A DNA stretch of 64,000 nt from Botryllus schlosseri (lineage: Eukaryota), in the NCBI GenBank assembly GCA_051294905.1, contig CM119373.1, positions 622,001 through 686,000 of the forward strand, read 5' to 3'. Position 1 is the first letter of the stretch; every line of letters starts with the position of its first letter. The notes under the pieces were generated by a model. It worked only from the letters and a program-made list of their open reading frames with translations. It did not search any database and was not told the origin of the DNA. The position numbers were made by a program, and so were the translations under genes. Positions 63,684-64,000 of the stretch are shown here, in pieces.

Positions 63684-64000
63684 ACGTAATTTCCACGTAG
63701 CAGCTCACCTTGAATTTATTATGGAATAGGGCAATGTATATTAGCCTACATATTAAAATGGATTCCCTGGCGAGGTTTCAATCCCGTTACGTTACTCGGT
63801 TATATTAGGAATAGAAACTTCAAGAATTTCTATTTCAAACTACTGTTCACTAATTTGCCGATACTGACAACTTCAAATCGAAGATGATTTGCAGACATTT
63901 CGAACTCACCCTGATTGACCTTACTACTGCAACTTTCTATTATTTTCCACAAACTTTATCAGAACAGACTTCAACGACAATATGTTTGTATCGGTAGGCT

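Overview
AT-rich, transposon-dense eukaryotic genomic DNA. It is animal, and the gene and transposon content suggests a marine invertebrate such as an ascidian (inference only). Main contents: (1) an intronless 1047-aa type-I membrane glycoprotein ORF (129-3272) that looks like an env-like gene at the 3' end of an LTR retroelement or endogenous virus. (2) A minus-strand tandem cluster of spliced genes for secreted proteins (signal exon, Thr-rich phase-1 mini-exons, terminal pentraxin exon): copy A ~7232-16278, copy B ~36545-52443 with a 1-nt frameshift, copy C 54218 to beyond 56860, plus an orphan 5' half whose signal exon is split by a 13-kb hAT insertion. Copy B looks like an A/C unequal-crossover chimera, and the canonical pentraxin Ca-binding motif is altered differently in each copy. 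(3) A 9.7-kb CACTG...CAGTG element with a 2-bp TSD (20886-30579) that is almost entirely a palindrome (two 4451-bp near-identical arms with ~200-bp tandem repeats) and carries an end-to-end junction. (4) Penelope-like fragments carrying minimal type-I hammerhead ribozymes (three with intact cores, one mutated). (5) Many nested hAT elements and MITEs, a Chapaev3 relic, a CR1/L2-type LINE 3' fragment and tRNA-derived SINEs; many have empty sites visible in paralogous copies within the window. All alignments and identities were judged by eye.
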